From Octopus vulgaris (lineage: Eukaryota): DNA of 64,000 nt. The position numbers were made by a program, and so were the translations under genes. Below the pieces are notes generated by a model that did no database searches, had not been told where the DNA came from, and saw only the letters and a program-made list of their open reading frames with translations. Below, piece after piece: positions 14,750 to 28,406 of this stretch. The stretch is from NCBI GenBank assembly GCA_951406725.2, contig OX597839.1, forward strand, positions 3,038,001 to 3,102,000, in the 5' to 3' direction. Numbering within the stretch: the stretch's first letter is position 1; every line of letters begins with the position of its first letter.

Positions 14750-15976
14750 ATATTGCTTCCATCACTAATGACTAATCTACTACATATGTGGGAAATTCTA
14801 TCTGTGAGTGTTTGTGGCGTTGTTGGTTGACTCCTCCTACATCGTTTTATCGATTTTGATGAAATTTGACACGTGAGTAGATCCCATGTCTGGAATCCTC
14901 AGATTATTGAAAAATATCAGTTATAAGGCCCCTGGAAGGGATCTTTATATATCAAATACATTTCATTCTAACAGCCAAGGGAAATAAGCCATTGGCCCAG
15001 ATTTTAACTGCCAAGGGAAATAACCCTTTCATTTCCCTAAATCATTTGGTATAAATCAAATTGAGGATGCTAATTTCTTAGTATTTGAACATTTAGAGTT
15101 ATTTTCGCAGTTTATCCAGTACAATCCTTAAACCTGAAGAGGGTGGTGTTGGAGAGGTAAGGGCAAGTGCGGTAGCGTGGGCGGGAGCAGGGGAACGAGC
15201 AGGGTTGGGAGGTGGGTTAAGGAAGAAGCTATCGATCGATCGATCGATCAAAACATGTATAGTAGACACACAATCATATCAAATTTACTTATTTCTTCCT
15301 AGATTTAAAAATTAGTGAACAGACATAATCGATTTTCAAATCTTAACAAGTTCACATCAAAGGTGGCTAGATCACATGACCAGTCCCTGATATTGTTTTG
15401 ACAGCGGGAGGCCCAACGGAGACTCATCCGTTTCATAGGTTCAGTCGACTTCTCGTCGGGCGACCAGCTGTGTGCGCATAAACCATGAATTGCATTTTGC
15501 ATATGGGTGTGAATGAGCGTACGTGCATTAACTTACAGACGCGTTACGAGATGTATTATAATCTCAATGGCTTTTAATGTCTACCACTGTTGGAATCTAT
15601 GCTTTTTGTGTGGGCGAAGTAACCATTAAATATAAGTGAGATAAATAGTAAATAAGTTGAGTAACTGACTATTAAAAGTTTTGGATTTCTATTATTACAG
15701 ACATTAAAATATCTGGTGTCAGTTCGATTGTGTGTGTGTGTATGATAGTCTGCATGTGCGTATTTCTGTATGAGAGCAAGGTCATTTCGTACGTCTATGT
15801 ATGTGAATTAATTGAGTGGATGCATGCTTGTGTGTGTGTGTGTGTGTGTGTGCGTGCGTGCGTGCGTGTGTGTGTGTATACAATACTTATATATATACAC
15901 ATAATTTATATATATATATTGTGTGTGTGTGTGTGTGTGCATGCGGTTTGTATACAATAATTATATATATACACAC

Positions 15977-16059
<83 letters not shown>

Positions 16060-16110
16060 TAATAAAATATTAGGGAATAAATCCAAACTTACAGGGAAAA
16101 ATCAGATTTA

Positions 16111-16172
<62 letters not shown>

Positions 16173-16544
16173 GTGTGTGTGTGTGTCTGTGTGTTTTTGT
16201 ATGTAATTCTTTTTCGAATAATGGGCCTCGAAGCACTCATAAAGCTATAATTAATAGTTTATTAAGATAGGGTTGAAAAACCCTTTTTGACCGAAAAACT
16301 CGACGGCTGCCCGTGTAACTCTGGAAACCACATCTCCTAAAGGGGTCATCAACCCAATATCTACATGCATTTACATGCTTTATGCGTGCTTCACGATCCA
16401 TTCTTTCAGAAATTTTATTTCACACTTTCATGGAAGTTTATGGATTCTTATGACGCCAGTAATGTGTGTGTGTGTGTGTGTGTGTTTATGTATACGTGTT
16501 TATACGTGTATATATATACACGTATGTATATGTATACGTGTTTA

Positions 16545-16811
16545 TCTCTTATTATAAAAGGCAGATTTTATCTGCCTCCCTTTGGGAGTTATAGAAATCT
16601 ACAATATAGGATTTCTTCAATTACAATTTACCTAGCATTTTTAAGAGTACAATGCATCGCGTCATGCCAGGTCCAGTTTTTAAAATTTAAACTCCAATTA
16701 AGCAAAATTTACAGAAAACTCACATTCTGGTGTGTGTGTCAAATGCTTTTCTTAGTCTGGTTTACACCACACGCAAACGCACACACACAGTGGGCAACGA
16801 ATAAAATGAAA
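16545..16811 (+). mobile_element. Helitron-like 5' segment (family B), copy 1
   Basis: A|TCTCTTATTATAAAAG start, near-identical to 18507-18773. 3' end not found. Confidence 0.6.
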
Positions 16812-16924
16812 GTAATTCACTTACTGTAGTGAGTGATTCTTTCACTCTGCCTCCCACTTCCTCTTTCCACACATAGACACGCAAATATATAAATAAAATT
16901 GTAAGCTAACGTGCGTGTGTGTGA

Positions 16925-16959
<35 letters not shown>

Positions 16960-17060
16960 TGTGAGGGTGCGTGTGTGTGTGTGTGTGTGTGCGTGTGCGT
17001 GAGTGTGTGACAGGAAAGTTTTTTACGACGAATATAAGACCTATATCCAAGTAGCAGAAA

Positions 17061-17330
17061 GATAAGACAGTAAGGTGTGATTTGAGGGAGATTTGGCTGC
17101 TATTTCTACCATGTCTAGCTGCCATGTAGGGGTCTCCCTCATAGGCTCATACATACATATATACATAGATAAGACAGTAAGGTGTGATTTGGGGGAAATT
17201 TGGCTGCTATTTCTACCAGGTCTAGCTACCATGTAGAGGTCCCCCTCATTGGCTCATACATACATATATACATACATAAGACAGTAAGGTGTGATTTGAG
17301 GGAGATTTGGCTGCTATTTCTACCAGGTCT
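17061..17330 (+). repeat. 107-bp tandem repeat, ~2.5 units
   Basis: ATAAGACAGTAAGGTGTGATTTG recurs at 17062, 17169 and 17276. Confidence 0.9.
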
Positions 17331-17691
17331 GTTAGGCCTTCTCATGTAAACTCAAGCTTTCTCATGCCTTGAACATAAGACCAAAGCAGAGAATGTATTC
17401 TTTTATTCTTCTGCTTTTTCCAGCCATTGGTCTGTGGCCATGCTGGGGCAATGCCTTGAAGAATTGTAGTTTAATGAATCAACTCCAGTTTTATTTTTGT
17501 AAGCATTGTACTTATTCTATCTGTTTCCTTTGTCAAACCACTAGGTGACAGGGATGTAAACAAACCAACATTCGTTGTCAAGCAGTGGTGGAGGACAATC
17601 ACAAGCACAGACACGCACACACACACACATACATGCATACACATATACACACATACATACATACATATATATATATGTGTGCATATATATA

Positions 17692-17950
17692 TTGCAGCGT
17701 GGAAGGTGTTTGTAAGCCATTTAAGAAACACACAAAAACCGTTACATTCACTTCAACATTTAAATTTAATTTGCCAAAATATTTTCGTCGCTTTGAGACC
17801 GCGACCTGTTCACTGACAAAAATATCGTGCTAACAGGTCGCGGTCTCAAAGCGACGAAAATATTTTGATAAATTAAATTTAAATGTTGAAGTGAATCTAA
17901 CGGTTTTTGTGTGTTTCTTAAATGGCTTATAAACACCTTCAACGCTGCAA
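17692..17950. repeat. Fold-back with ~120-bp arms
   Basis: 17692-17810 versus 17832-17950 is a near-perfect reverse complement. Confidence 0.93.
17770..17820 (-). ncRNA. Type I hammerhead-like motif with G3-C8 swapped core
   Basis: UUUGUCA-GUGAACA-G-GUCGC(GGUCUCAAA)GCGAC-GAAA-AUA-UUU^UGGCAAA. Confidence 0.7.
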
Positions 17951-18112
17951 CTGTTTTCGTTCCAGCACACGATCTCAGATCAAGTCACTTGCTATGCAAG
18001 TACATCTCTGTAACTATATATATATTTATATATATATATATATGAATATTGGTAAAAACAGTAAGATAACAAAAGAAAGAAAGAGACCTCAATATTATGT
18101 AAATAGAGGAAA

Positions 18113-18506
18113 TCTTTATATATAAAAGTGAGGTTGTGTGTCTGTCTCCTACGATTTAGATTCCTAACTACTCCCACATTTTGCGGTGCAGTTTAACCAA
18201 AACCGGGTATTTTATAGTCGTGATTCATATCGAGACCGTCTGGGTATTAGCGCGCGTCTACGATGAGTCTACGATTTAAAAAAAAATTTACCATCAATTT
18301 TTCCCATTTTTAATCCATTTTTGACATATATAAGGGAAGTAACTCTCTAAAATTTATTATTAAATCTCAGAACGTAAAAAGCTACAGTAACACCCCTCCC
18401 CTTTGTGGTTAGCCATATTGAGATGGCTATTATAATTTACATCTCTAAAAATGCTTATATAATTATTTCCCTTACAAACCCGAGCAACGCCGGGCGATAC
18501 TGCTAG
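18113..18506 (+). mobile_element. Non-autonomous Helitron (family A)
   Basis: A|TC 5' end, subterminal hairpin CCCGAGCAACGCCGGG, CTAG|T 3' end, no TSD. Confidence 0.9.
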
Positions 18507-18773
18507 TCTCTTATTATAAAAGGCAGATTTTATCTGCCTCCCTTTGGGAGTTATAGAAATCTACAATATAGGATTTCTTCAATTACAATTTACCTAGCAT
18601 TTTTAAGAGTACAATGCATCGCGTCATGCCAGGTCCAGTTTTTAAAATTTAAACTCCAATTAAGCAAAATTTACAGAAAACTCACATTCTGGTGTGTGTG
18701 TCAAATGCTTTTCTTAGTCTGGTTTACAGCACACGCAAACGCACACACACAGTGTGCAACGAATAAAGTGAAA
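18507..18773 (+). mobile_element. Helitron-like 5' segment (family B), copy 2, abutting the family A CTAG
   Basis: Near-identical to 16545-16811 and begins at the base after CTAG. Confidence 0.6.
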
Positions 18774-19479
18774 CTAGATGTAATATTTGTTTCTGTCATC
18801 ACGCTGATAGATACATGAGTAAAATGTATGGGAAGCTAACAGATAACAGTGAGTGAAAATGTTCTTGGAAGAGAGTAAATTAGCGACAGAGTGATTTGAG
18901 GAAGACTAAACTGAAAGTAAATAGCGAGAGAGAGTGATTTGAGGAAGACTTTACATTAAATATGACTTTACATTAAATAACCGTAGTGGCTTGTGTTAGT
19001 AATAAAGTAAACATACACTCATACATACATACATACATACATACATACATACACACACACATACACACACACATACACACACACATACATACATACACAC
19101 ATACATACACACATACATACATACATACACACACATACATACATACATACATACATACATACATACATACATACATACATACATACATACATACACACAC
19201 ACACATACACACACACACAGTATTGAAGCTTCAGAACAATCAGATACATTTGCAACACATCTGTTGAAAATATTATTGTTCACACACATACATATACATA
19301 TATACATACAGACAGACAGACAGATAGACACACACACACACACACACACATGATCCAGCATGGCCACAACCTCAAGGCTGAAACATATAAAAGAATAACA
19401 GAATATAAATGTGTGCATGTGTGTGAGAGAGAGAGTGTGTGTGTATATGTATGTATGTATGTATGTATGTATATATATA

Positions 19480-20075
19480 TAATAATGCGGTTTTTTCAAC
19501 AGCTTGAACTAAAAGTCAGAGGGGAATGGGATAAACTACTTATATTAACTTGCTATAAAAGCAGGTAGTAATTTTATCTTGTCCTTATTCATAGTGCAAG
19601 TTTTGAAGAGTGCATTTCGATTTTAACAGCTATTTTTTCAAAGCTATATTGGAAGTAACAAAGGAGCATATTTGGCATATTTTGCTTTATGAGTTCAATA
19701 AAGACAACAACGCAACGGAAAGTACAAGAAATATTAATGCAGTATATGGGGATTGGACAATAAGCGTAAGGCAGTGTCAATGGTGGTTCCAGAAATTCCG
19801 AGCCATAAACTACAGCCTAGAAGACGAGCCTCATCCTGAAAGATCTGCAGAACTCGACAAGGACATCCTGAAAACCCTGGTGGAACAAAATCGCATCGTA
19901 ACTGTTGAGGAACTAGCAGAGAAGCTTGGATTTGGTCATTCAACCATTCATTGAGACCTGTGTGCGCTATCGGAAAAGTCAGCAAATTGGGTCAATGGGT
20001 TCCTCACGAACTTTCCGAGTCTAATTGCATGCAGAGAGTGAATGTATGCTTTTCTTTGCTGTCACATCTCACCAC
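19480..20075 (+). pseudogene. mariner transposase fossil, N-terminal HTH half
   Basis: HILLYEFNK..NATESTRNINAVYG..WFQKFR..LEDEPH, and WVPHEL near 19996 after a frameshift. Ends just before a Helitron. Confidence 0.9.
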
Positions 20076-20091
20076 TACTGCGCTATGTATA

Positions 20092-20726
20092 TCTATATAT
20101 ATAAAACTGTAGTTGTGTGAGTGTCTGTCCCCTTCGATTTAGATTCCTAACTACTCCCACATTTTGCGGTGCAGTTTAACCAAATTCGGGTAGCTTATAG
20201 TCGTGATTCATATCGAGCCCGTCTGAGTATTAGCGCGCGTCTACGATGAGTCTACGATTTTAAAAATAATTTAACATCATTTTTTATTCCATTTTAATGC
20301 ATAATTTTTCGTGTGTCGATGGCGGCGGAGTTGGCGTCCACGCTCACACCTGCACCTGTGGGGAAGGGAGTGTAAGGAAATCAACGTCGTAATGCGTTGT
20401 CAAGGAGACCAGCGTTCTTTCAGAACAACGACTTCATGGCTTGAAGACACCAAAACAGAAATGGCTAAGAAAGCGTCTGCATGAGTCTACGATTTAAAAA
20501 CAAATTTACCATCGTTTTTTTCCATTTTAATGCATTTTTTCGCTATTATATAAGGGAAGTAACTCTCTAAAAATGTCTACGATGAGTCAACGATTTTAAA
20601 AAAATTTACCATCATATTTTTTCCATTTTTAATGCATTTTTTGCTATTTTTTGGCTATAACTCTCTAAAAATGCTTATATAGTTATTTCCCTTACAAACC
20701 CGAGCAACGCCGGGCGATACTGCTAG
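20092..20726 (+). mobile_element. Non-autonomous Helitron (family A, longer variant with internal repeats)
   Basis: A|TCTATATATATAAAA start and the same hairpin plus CTAG|T end. The block GAGTCTACGATTT..AATTTACCATC occurs three times. Confidence 0.9.
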
Positions 20727-20799
<73 letters not shown>

Positions 20800-20868
20800 A
20801 TATATATATATATGTATATATGTGTGTGTATATATGTGTGTGTATATATGTGTGTGTATATATGTATA

Positions 20869-20911
<43 letters not shown>

Positions 20912-20946
20912 ATATATATATGTATGTGTGTGTATATATATGTATA

Positions 20947-21017
<71 letters not shown>

Positions 21018-21897
21018 ATATATATGTATATATATATATAAGTATATCTACATAGTTATATGTGTGTGTGTATGTATATATGTGTATATGCATACATACA
21101 TACATATACACATATGCGGAAACGTATATAGTAGATACTTATGACAAAATTATTGCAGCATTGACAACGTTTATTAAATTTTAGAGATGAGTTAGGAGAA
21201 AAGATAAATAAGCTACCACCCATTCAAAAAAGCAAATATGCGGGAAAAAATTTAATTTAACCTACTTCATATTTATATCTTACTTACGCGGTATTGACTT
21301 GCCAAACTAAATATTATATCGATTATAAAGATATTAAATTTGAATGGTCAATTTCATCTTGTACAAACCAGAGAGATTCAGTTTGATGACAAAGTATTGA
21401 CAAAAAGTAGTGGATTGTTAAACATAATAGAGACGAATTAACTCAGAGAATCTATGAAAGTATTATATTTATCTATTTACAGTGTGGAGAGAATCGGAGT
21501 TGATTGTTTTTTAACTGTTGCTTGTTTCTGTCTTTGGACTGTAGCCATGCTGAGCCATCACCTTGAAGAATTTTAGTCGAACCAATCGAACCTACTATTT
21601 ATTTTAGCATGGCACTTTTCTATTAGTGCCATTTGCCAAACAGCTATGTTACAGGGATATTAAGACACTGGTTGTTAAGTGGTGGGGATAAACTGCTTGC
21701 CAACGACATCGTTTTTCATTCGGTCTCATTGCATGGCACTTTGGGCAAGTGTCTTCTACTATAGCCTCAGATTGGCCAGAGCTTTGTGAGTGGATTTGGT
21801 AAACGGAAACTGAAAGAAACCCGTCGTATACATATATCCATACATGCATGCATGCATACAAACATAAATACATACATACATATACACACACACACAC

Positions 21898-21984
<87 letters not shown>

Positions 21985-22638
21985 TAATCGGATCAATCCA
22001 TTCGACTAGAATTTCTTCGAAGTAGTGTTCCAGCATGGTTGCAGTCTAATGACTCAAACAAGTAAATGATAAAACATAAAAAATTTAATACTCTTGACAG
22101 AATTATTGTAGTTTTGTTAACGTTATCAAATGTCAGAACTAACAGAGAAACTAAAAAATAATCACAAAAACCCCGTCAAAACGTTAAACAAACAATAATA
22201 TATATATAATTAAATTTGCATATTTACATTTCACTAACGAAGGATTGGTTTGTCTTAAAAATTATCACTTCTGTCTAGACGTTAACTAAACGTTAATATT
22301 CAGTGTTTAAATTGTGAAGTCTGGAAACAATCAATTTGAAATATAGCTTTGTGGCTCGATGACAGAGCGTTTAATCATGGTTGTAATTCATTTATAGCGA
22401 GGTTTTGAGTATTAACTTTGAAGGTTTAAAACAGTATTTTGAAAAGTGTGGAGTATATCTGTATATCTGTACAGATTGCGGATCATTTACAAAAGAAAGC
22501 TTGGCTGTGTGGTTTCGTGTTCAGACCCGCTGAGCAACGCCTTGGGCAAGTGTCATTTACAATAACCCCAAGCTGATGAAAGCATTGTCAGTGAGTTCGT
22601 AGACAGAAACGGTGCGAGGCCTGTCGTATGCACACACA

Positions 22639-22693
<55 letters not shown>

Positions 22694-22778
22694 CTCTCTC
22701 TCATATCGCACGGTGAGAATGAGTTCTTAACACCCAACTGGTGGATAAACGAATCTTTCACTTGGGTGTGTATGTATA

Positions 22779-22824
<46 letters not shown>

Positions 22825-23084
22825 TGTATATATATATATGTATCTTTATACATATAGACATATATATGTATATGTATATATATATTTATACATATGTAGG
22901 TATATATATGTATATATATTTATGTATACATATATATATATGTATATAAATGTATATATATATGTACATGTGTGTGTATATATACATATGTATATATGTA
23001 TATATACGTGTGTATAAATATGTATTTATACACACATGTATGTATATGTATGTATATATGCATATATATATGTATATATATATA

Positions 23085-23131
<47 letters not shown>

Positions 23132-23177
23132 TAAACATATATGTATATATATATTTATATATATATATATATAAACA

Positions 23178-23269
<92 letters not shown>

Positions 23270-23422
23270 TATATAATGTAAAAATAGGATAAAATCTTCA
23301 TAAGATTTTATCAAGACTATCCAATATCTGTCTGAGTGTGTGTGTGCTTACGTTTGTGCTTGTTTCAGTTATGGGAACGCGGCCAGTCTTGAACAAATCA
23401 ACTTCGGTTATCAAGCGGTGGT

Positions 23423-23468
<46 letters not shown>

Positions 23469-24738
23469 GTTTCCGTCTATCAAATTCACTCACAAGGCTT
23501 GTTGTAGAAGTAATTTTCCATGAAGTGGGACTGAACCTGGAACCATGTGGTTGGGAAGCAAACTTCTTATCATACAGCCACGTCTGCACCTACATCTGTT
23601 ATTTGCATGATATATATTAAATATATAGAAACGTACTCACAAGCATTATATTTAACACATTAGTGTACACTTGAACGTGGGAAAAGCTTCGCTGTGAAGA
23701 ATTATTCCTATGAATTATGTGTACAAAAATACATCAAGCTGGGTGATGAATGACTGTAAGGCACGTATTTCTGCGTCGATACGCTTCATCTGTTACAGAC
23801 ATCAAATCAGTCTTTTACATCTTCCTAAGAAATGCCGTTCTAATATGTAAATATCAAAGTATATATTTGCTTTCGTGATCTAATCTGCGTTAAGCAGGAA
23901 TTAATAAATTCTATTCACACTAAGCATTAAAATGAAGCTGTTCATATTTATATTTATCGCGATTATGTACTATCAAAAGTAAAAGGACCTTCGCTGCAGT
24001 AACTGTCACGAGGGGAAAGTCATATTATATACTGTGTTCGAGAACACACCGAGCTGAGCTATGAATGACGTCATCGGTTTGCGTATCTGCCTGGTTATGC
24101 TTTGTCGGTTGCAGACTCTAACTTTCTTCACAGCCCGTTTTAAATGGCCGTCTTGATATGCAAATACCAAAAGAATGTTGCTGGCTTGTGCTGCGATTTG
24201 CCAAGATGGAAATAATTAAAGACGCACAATGTTTTTAAACTCATAATTTATAATAAGTTTTCTTCCGGGACAGGTGCCGTAACGATCTAGTGTACATCAA
24301 TGTCTTTGGCAAAAGAATCCGATAGAACAAGTACTAGACTTATAAAGAATAAGTCCTGGGGTCGATTTCTTCAAATAACACCCTTTAATGCGGTGCTCCA
24401 GCATGACCGCAGTCAAATAACTGAAAGAAGTTAAAAGAATAAAAGAAAAATACATATAGGTAAGAAGTTCGATTTCTAATCGCATGGCTCACGGTTCAGT
24501 CCCATAGAGGCACCTGGACGAGTGTTTTCAACGATAGCCGGCAATCAAAGCCTTGTGAGTGGATTTGGTAGAAGGAAACATGGAACCGTAAATGTTTGGC
24601 GCTCCGATGAAATTGTAAAGTGTTACTTAGGCACTCAACTATGAGATCACCGTATCTTACAGACGAAACTTTTTTAAGAGCAAAACGTAAAGACGGGCGA
24701 AATGTCGTTAAGTATTTTACTCGGCTTACAAACGATTC

Positions 24739-25187
24739 GGATCTTTTCGGTTTGACCGGCAGTTTTTTAAAATAATTTCTACGTAACTAAAGAAACTTCG
24801 TATACTGGTAGAATGTGTTTATAAAACATCTTTTTCTCTTGGCTTTATTGAGAAAATTCTATAGTTTGTAAGATAGTTGTTGTTTTTTTCCTTCAATTTT
24901 TGCAATTTCAACCAATCAATGACGTCTATTGAGTTGAAAACATTCTGTGCCGTATGAATATGTCCCTTGTATATGAAATAGATTGGGTTTATTTACATTT
25001 CTGAAGAAAAAAAGATACCTTCCCCCCACCCCTAACCCTAACTACAAACTAACCCTAACTAACCCTAACTCTAACCCTAACCCTAAAACAGATTGAAATG
25101 TAATAGATCGATACTAAGGTCATAATTATGGGTGACAATTTCATATGACACCGCTAGAAAAAACTGCCGGTCAAACCGAAAAGATCC
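24739..25187. mobile_element. MITE with 30-bp perfect TIRs and 8-bp TSD, containing (CCCTAA)-like repeats
   Basis: TIR GGATCTTTTCGGTTTGACCGGCAGTTTTTT. TSD AACGATTC at 24731-24738 and 25188-25195. It interrupts a SINE head. Confidence 0.93.
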
Positions 25188-25453
25188 AACGATTCTGCTA
25201 GCATTTTCACAGTGCATATTGATAAAAGAAAATGATATAATATTGGGGTATATAAACCCACGGAGGAAAACAAAACACGAAAATAAGAGGTGTGGATTTG
25301 TTTCTCACGTGTACTAAACCCATTTTTCACGGTTTTGTGTTTATACGCTCCAGCATTAGACTATTTTCTATAGTCAATAGATAAAATGTTCACTCGTCCC
25401 CGTTTCCTAACTTATATATGTATGTACCTCTGTCTGTCCATCCGTCCGTCTAC

Positions 25454-25529
<76 letters not shown>

Positions 25530-26686
25530 TCAATTATATATATATGCATAAATATATATATGTGTGTGTTTATATATACAGTATACACTCACTCACACAC
25601 ACACACATATATATATATGTCTTTGTGAATATTGTGTAGCGTGTGTGTATATAGCCCCCTTTCTTTTCTCTCTTTTCATCACGTGACCGCTGGTCAAAAT
25701 CAGCCTTTTGGCCTCCGACCACTGCCGTGAGAACATCGTTGTCTTCGTCTGCCGATAAAGGCATTATTTCCAAATACGCCAGCTAAACTTGTTGTACTGT
25801 TTATTAGTCGTAAGACATCCGCTGTTTTTGTCCTGTTTTTACCATTATTGTTTTTTGTATTTTATATTCGTGTGGCATCGTCCGTTTTTCTGTCCCTGTT
25901 TCGTATACATTCGATCCTTCTTCCAAGAAATCTAATGCTCGTAGCTTAGTTTTTCCTTGGGGCTGGCCGGATCGGAGCGATCTCAAGATTAATCAGCCGA
26001 AATTGCTAGGATGATCCGGTTCTTGACTGAAGATTGAAGGCTTCGAATGTCCCGCCCGTGTTTTTTGTATCGTCTTCTAAATATTTTACGTTCTTGTCCC
26101 AGTTTGTATTTTTCTACATATTTATATATATATATGTGTGTGAGTGTGTGTGTGTGTGTTAGTATGTGTCCGTGTGTCTGTGTGTGCGCGAGTGTGTATT
26201 GGAATATATGCTTGTATATTTATATTTAACACAGACTCACACACACGCATGTAATATGCACAGATGTATTTATATATTGATATATATGTTTCTTACCGTT
26301 TAGCTAAGAGATTTAACTCTTAAAAGTTAGATGGAAAATCTTCTAATTCAACTTCATTACCTAAAATCAATCCAGTCTGAGTCAGATAAACCAAATATAT
26401 TAAAGATGCACTTCTATTCCTCAATTTTGTTTTATTTATACTATTTATTCGCTATTTCTGCTAATAGCAGGCAAATATAGATGCACATCTATTTGCATAC
26501 TTACTTATTTTCATATGTACATATATGATTTGTATGCACACACATATACACAGGCAGAGAGACATATATATGTATATATATATATATATATTACATATAT
26601 ACATACATATTTATACGTACATATATACACTGTCTTTCTCTTTTACCTTTATTTCTCTCCCTCTCCCTTTCTTTCTCTCTCTCTCT

Positions 26687-26731
<45 letters not shown>

Positions 26732-26790
26732 TACATACATACATACATACATATATATATATATAAATATATATAAATATATATATATAC

Positions 26791-26879
<89 letters not shown>

Positions 26880-27010
26880 CATCATTGTTCGATAAATATA
26901 ATATTGACAATGACTATATTAATATAATGGACCTCAAGAAATGAAATATGACAAAAGCAGAAGTAACTGAAACTCATATTATTCGGTAGCTCAAGTTGTT
27001 TGTATGGGTG

Positions 27011-27063
<53 letters not shown>

Positions 27064-27137
27064 GCACATGCACACACATACATTCATACATACATACATA
27101 CATACTTACATACATGGTTGCATGCACACAAATGCAC

Positions 27138-27197
<60 letters not shown>

Positions 27198-27302
27198 GTG
27201 CGTGTCTCTGCTTGTATTTTAATGCATCTATCTACTAATACTCTTACCATTTAGATGTTAGCTCAAAAGAATCTATACATATATTTGTGTATGTGTGTGG
27301 AT

Positions 27303-27337
<35 letters not shown>

Positions 27338-27339
27338 CA

Positions 27340-27372
<33 letters not shown>

Positions 27373-27572
27373 TTGTTTTTTGTGTTTGTTGTTTTTGTTT
27401 TTTTTGGTTGTGTTTGTTGTTTTTTGTGTGTGTTTTATGTGTGTATGTGTATGTGTATGTGTGTGTGTGTGTGTATGTGTGTATGTGTGTATGTGTGTAT
27501 GTGTGTGGTATATGAAACTAGAAAACTTTTTTTTTATTATATAATACTTATATTATGAATATTTTATATATA

Positions 27573-27620
<48 letters not shown>

Positions 27621-27643
27621 CATGTATGTATATATATATATAT

Positions 27644-27703
<60 letters not shown>

Positions 27704-27743
27704 CATATGTATTTATATATTGATATATATATATATGTATTTG

Positions 27744-27778
<35 letters not shown>

Positions 27779-27801
27779 GTTTATATATGTATATATATGT
27801 A

Positions 27802-27856
<55 letters not shown>

Positions 27857-28345
27857 GTATGCATGTATACATACACATACATATATCTATATATAGATAT
27901 GTATATGTATATGTATATACATTTATGTACAAAAGGATATGTGTGTCATAAATTCATGATATCGTATTACATACACTGCACATCATCTATTAGGCACTAA
28001 CTCACGGACCGATTGAGCCTAATCCGCTTTTTCTCTGGCATTTTCATAGTGAGATAAGCAATGGCTCCACTATATATTTATACATATCCATATGAGTTGG
28101 AGAACAGGCAATCCCTTATCGGAAGCTGTGTCAGGTGCTGAAATTCATCGGCAGCTTGTATCTCAATACTGGACAGTGTCATTCAATAAGGTCTGTGGAA
28201 ACGGATTTTATACACACATATTCGTACAGCACGCTCCACACTGATACATTTTGTAGAATCTGTGTATAGATATATACATATATAAATGCATATATTCTAC
28301 ACTATAATATACATGTATGTATATATATATGTGTGTATGTATGTG

Positions 28346-28394
<49 letters not shown>

Positions 28395-28406
28395 GTTGCT
28401 ATGTAC

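Noticed and set aside
15140-15225. G-run cluster, possible G-quadruplex
   Set aside because: Irregular low-complexity sequence with no evidence of function.
17061-17330. CRISPR-like array
   Set aside because: Whole units are repeated with no unique spacers, in a eukaryotic context with no cas genes.
25030-25085. Telomere or chromosome-fusion scar
   Set aside because: Short, degenerate and internal to a MITE.
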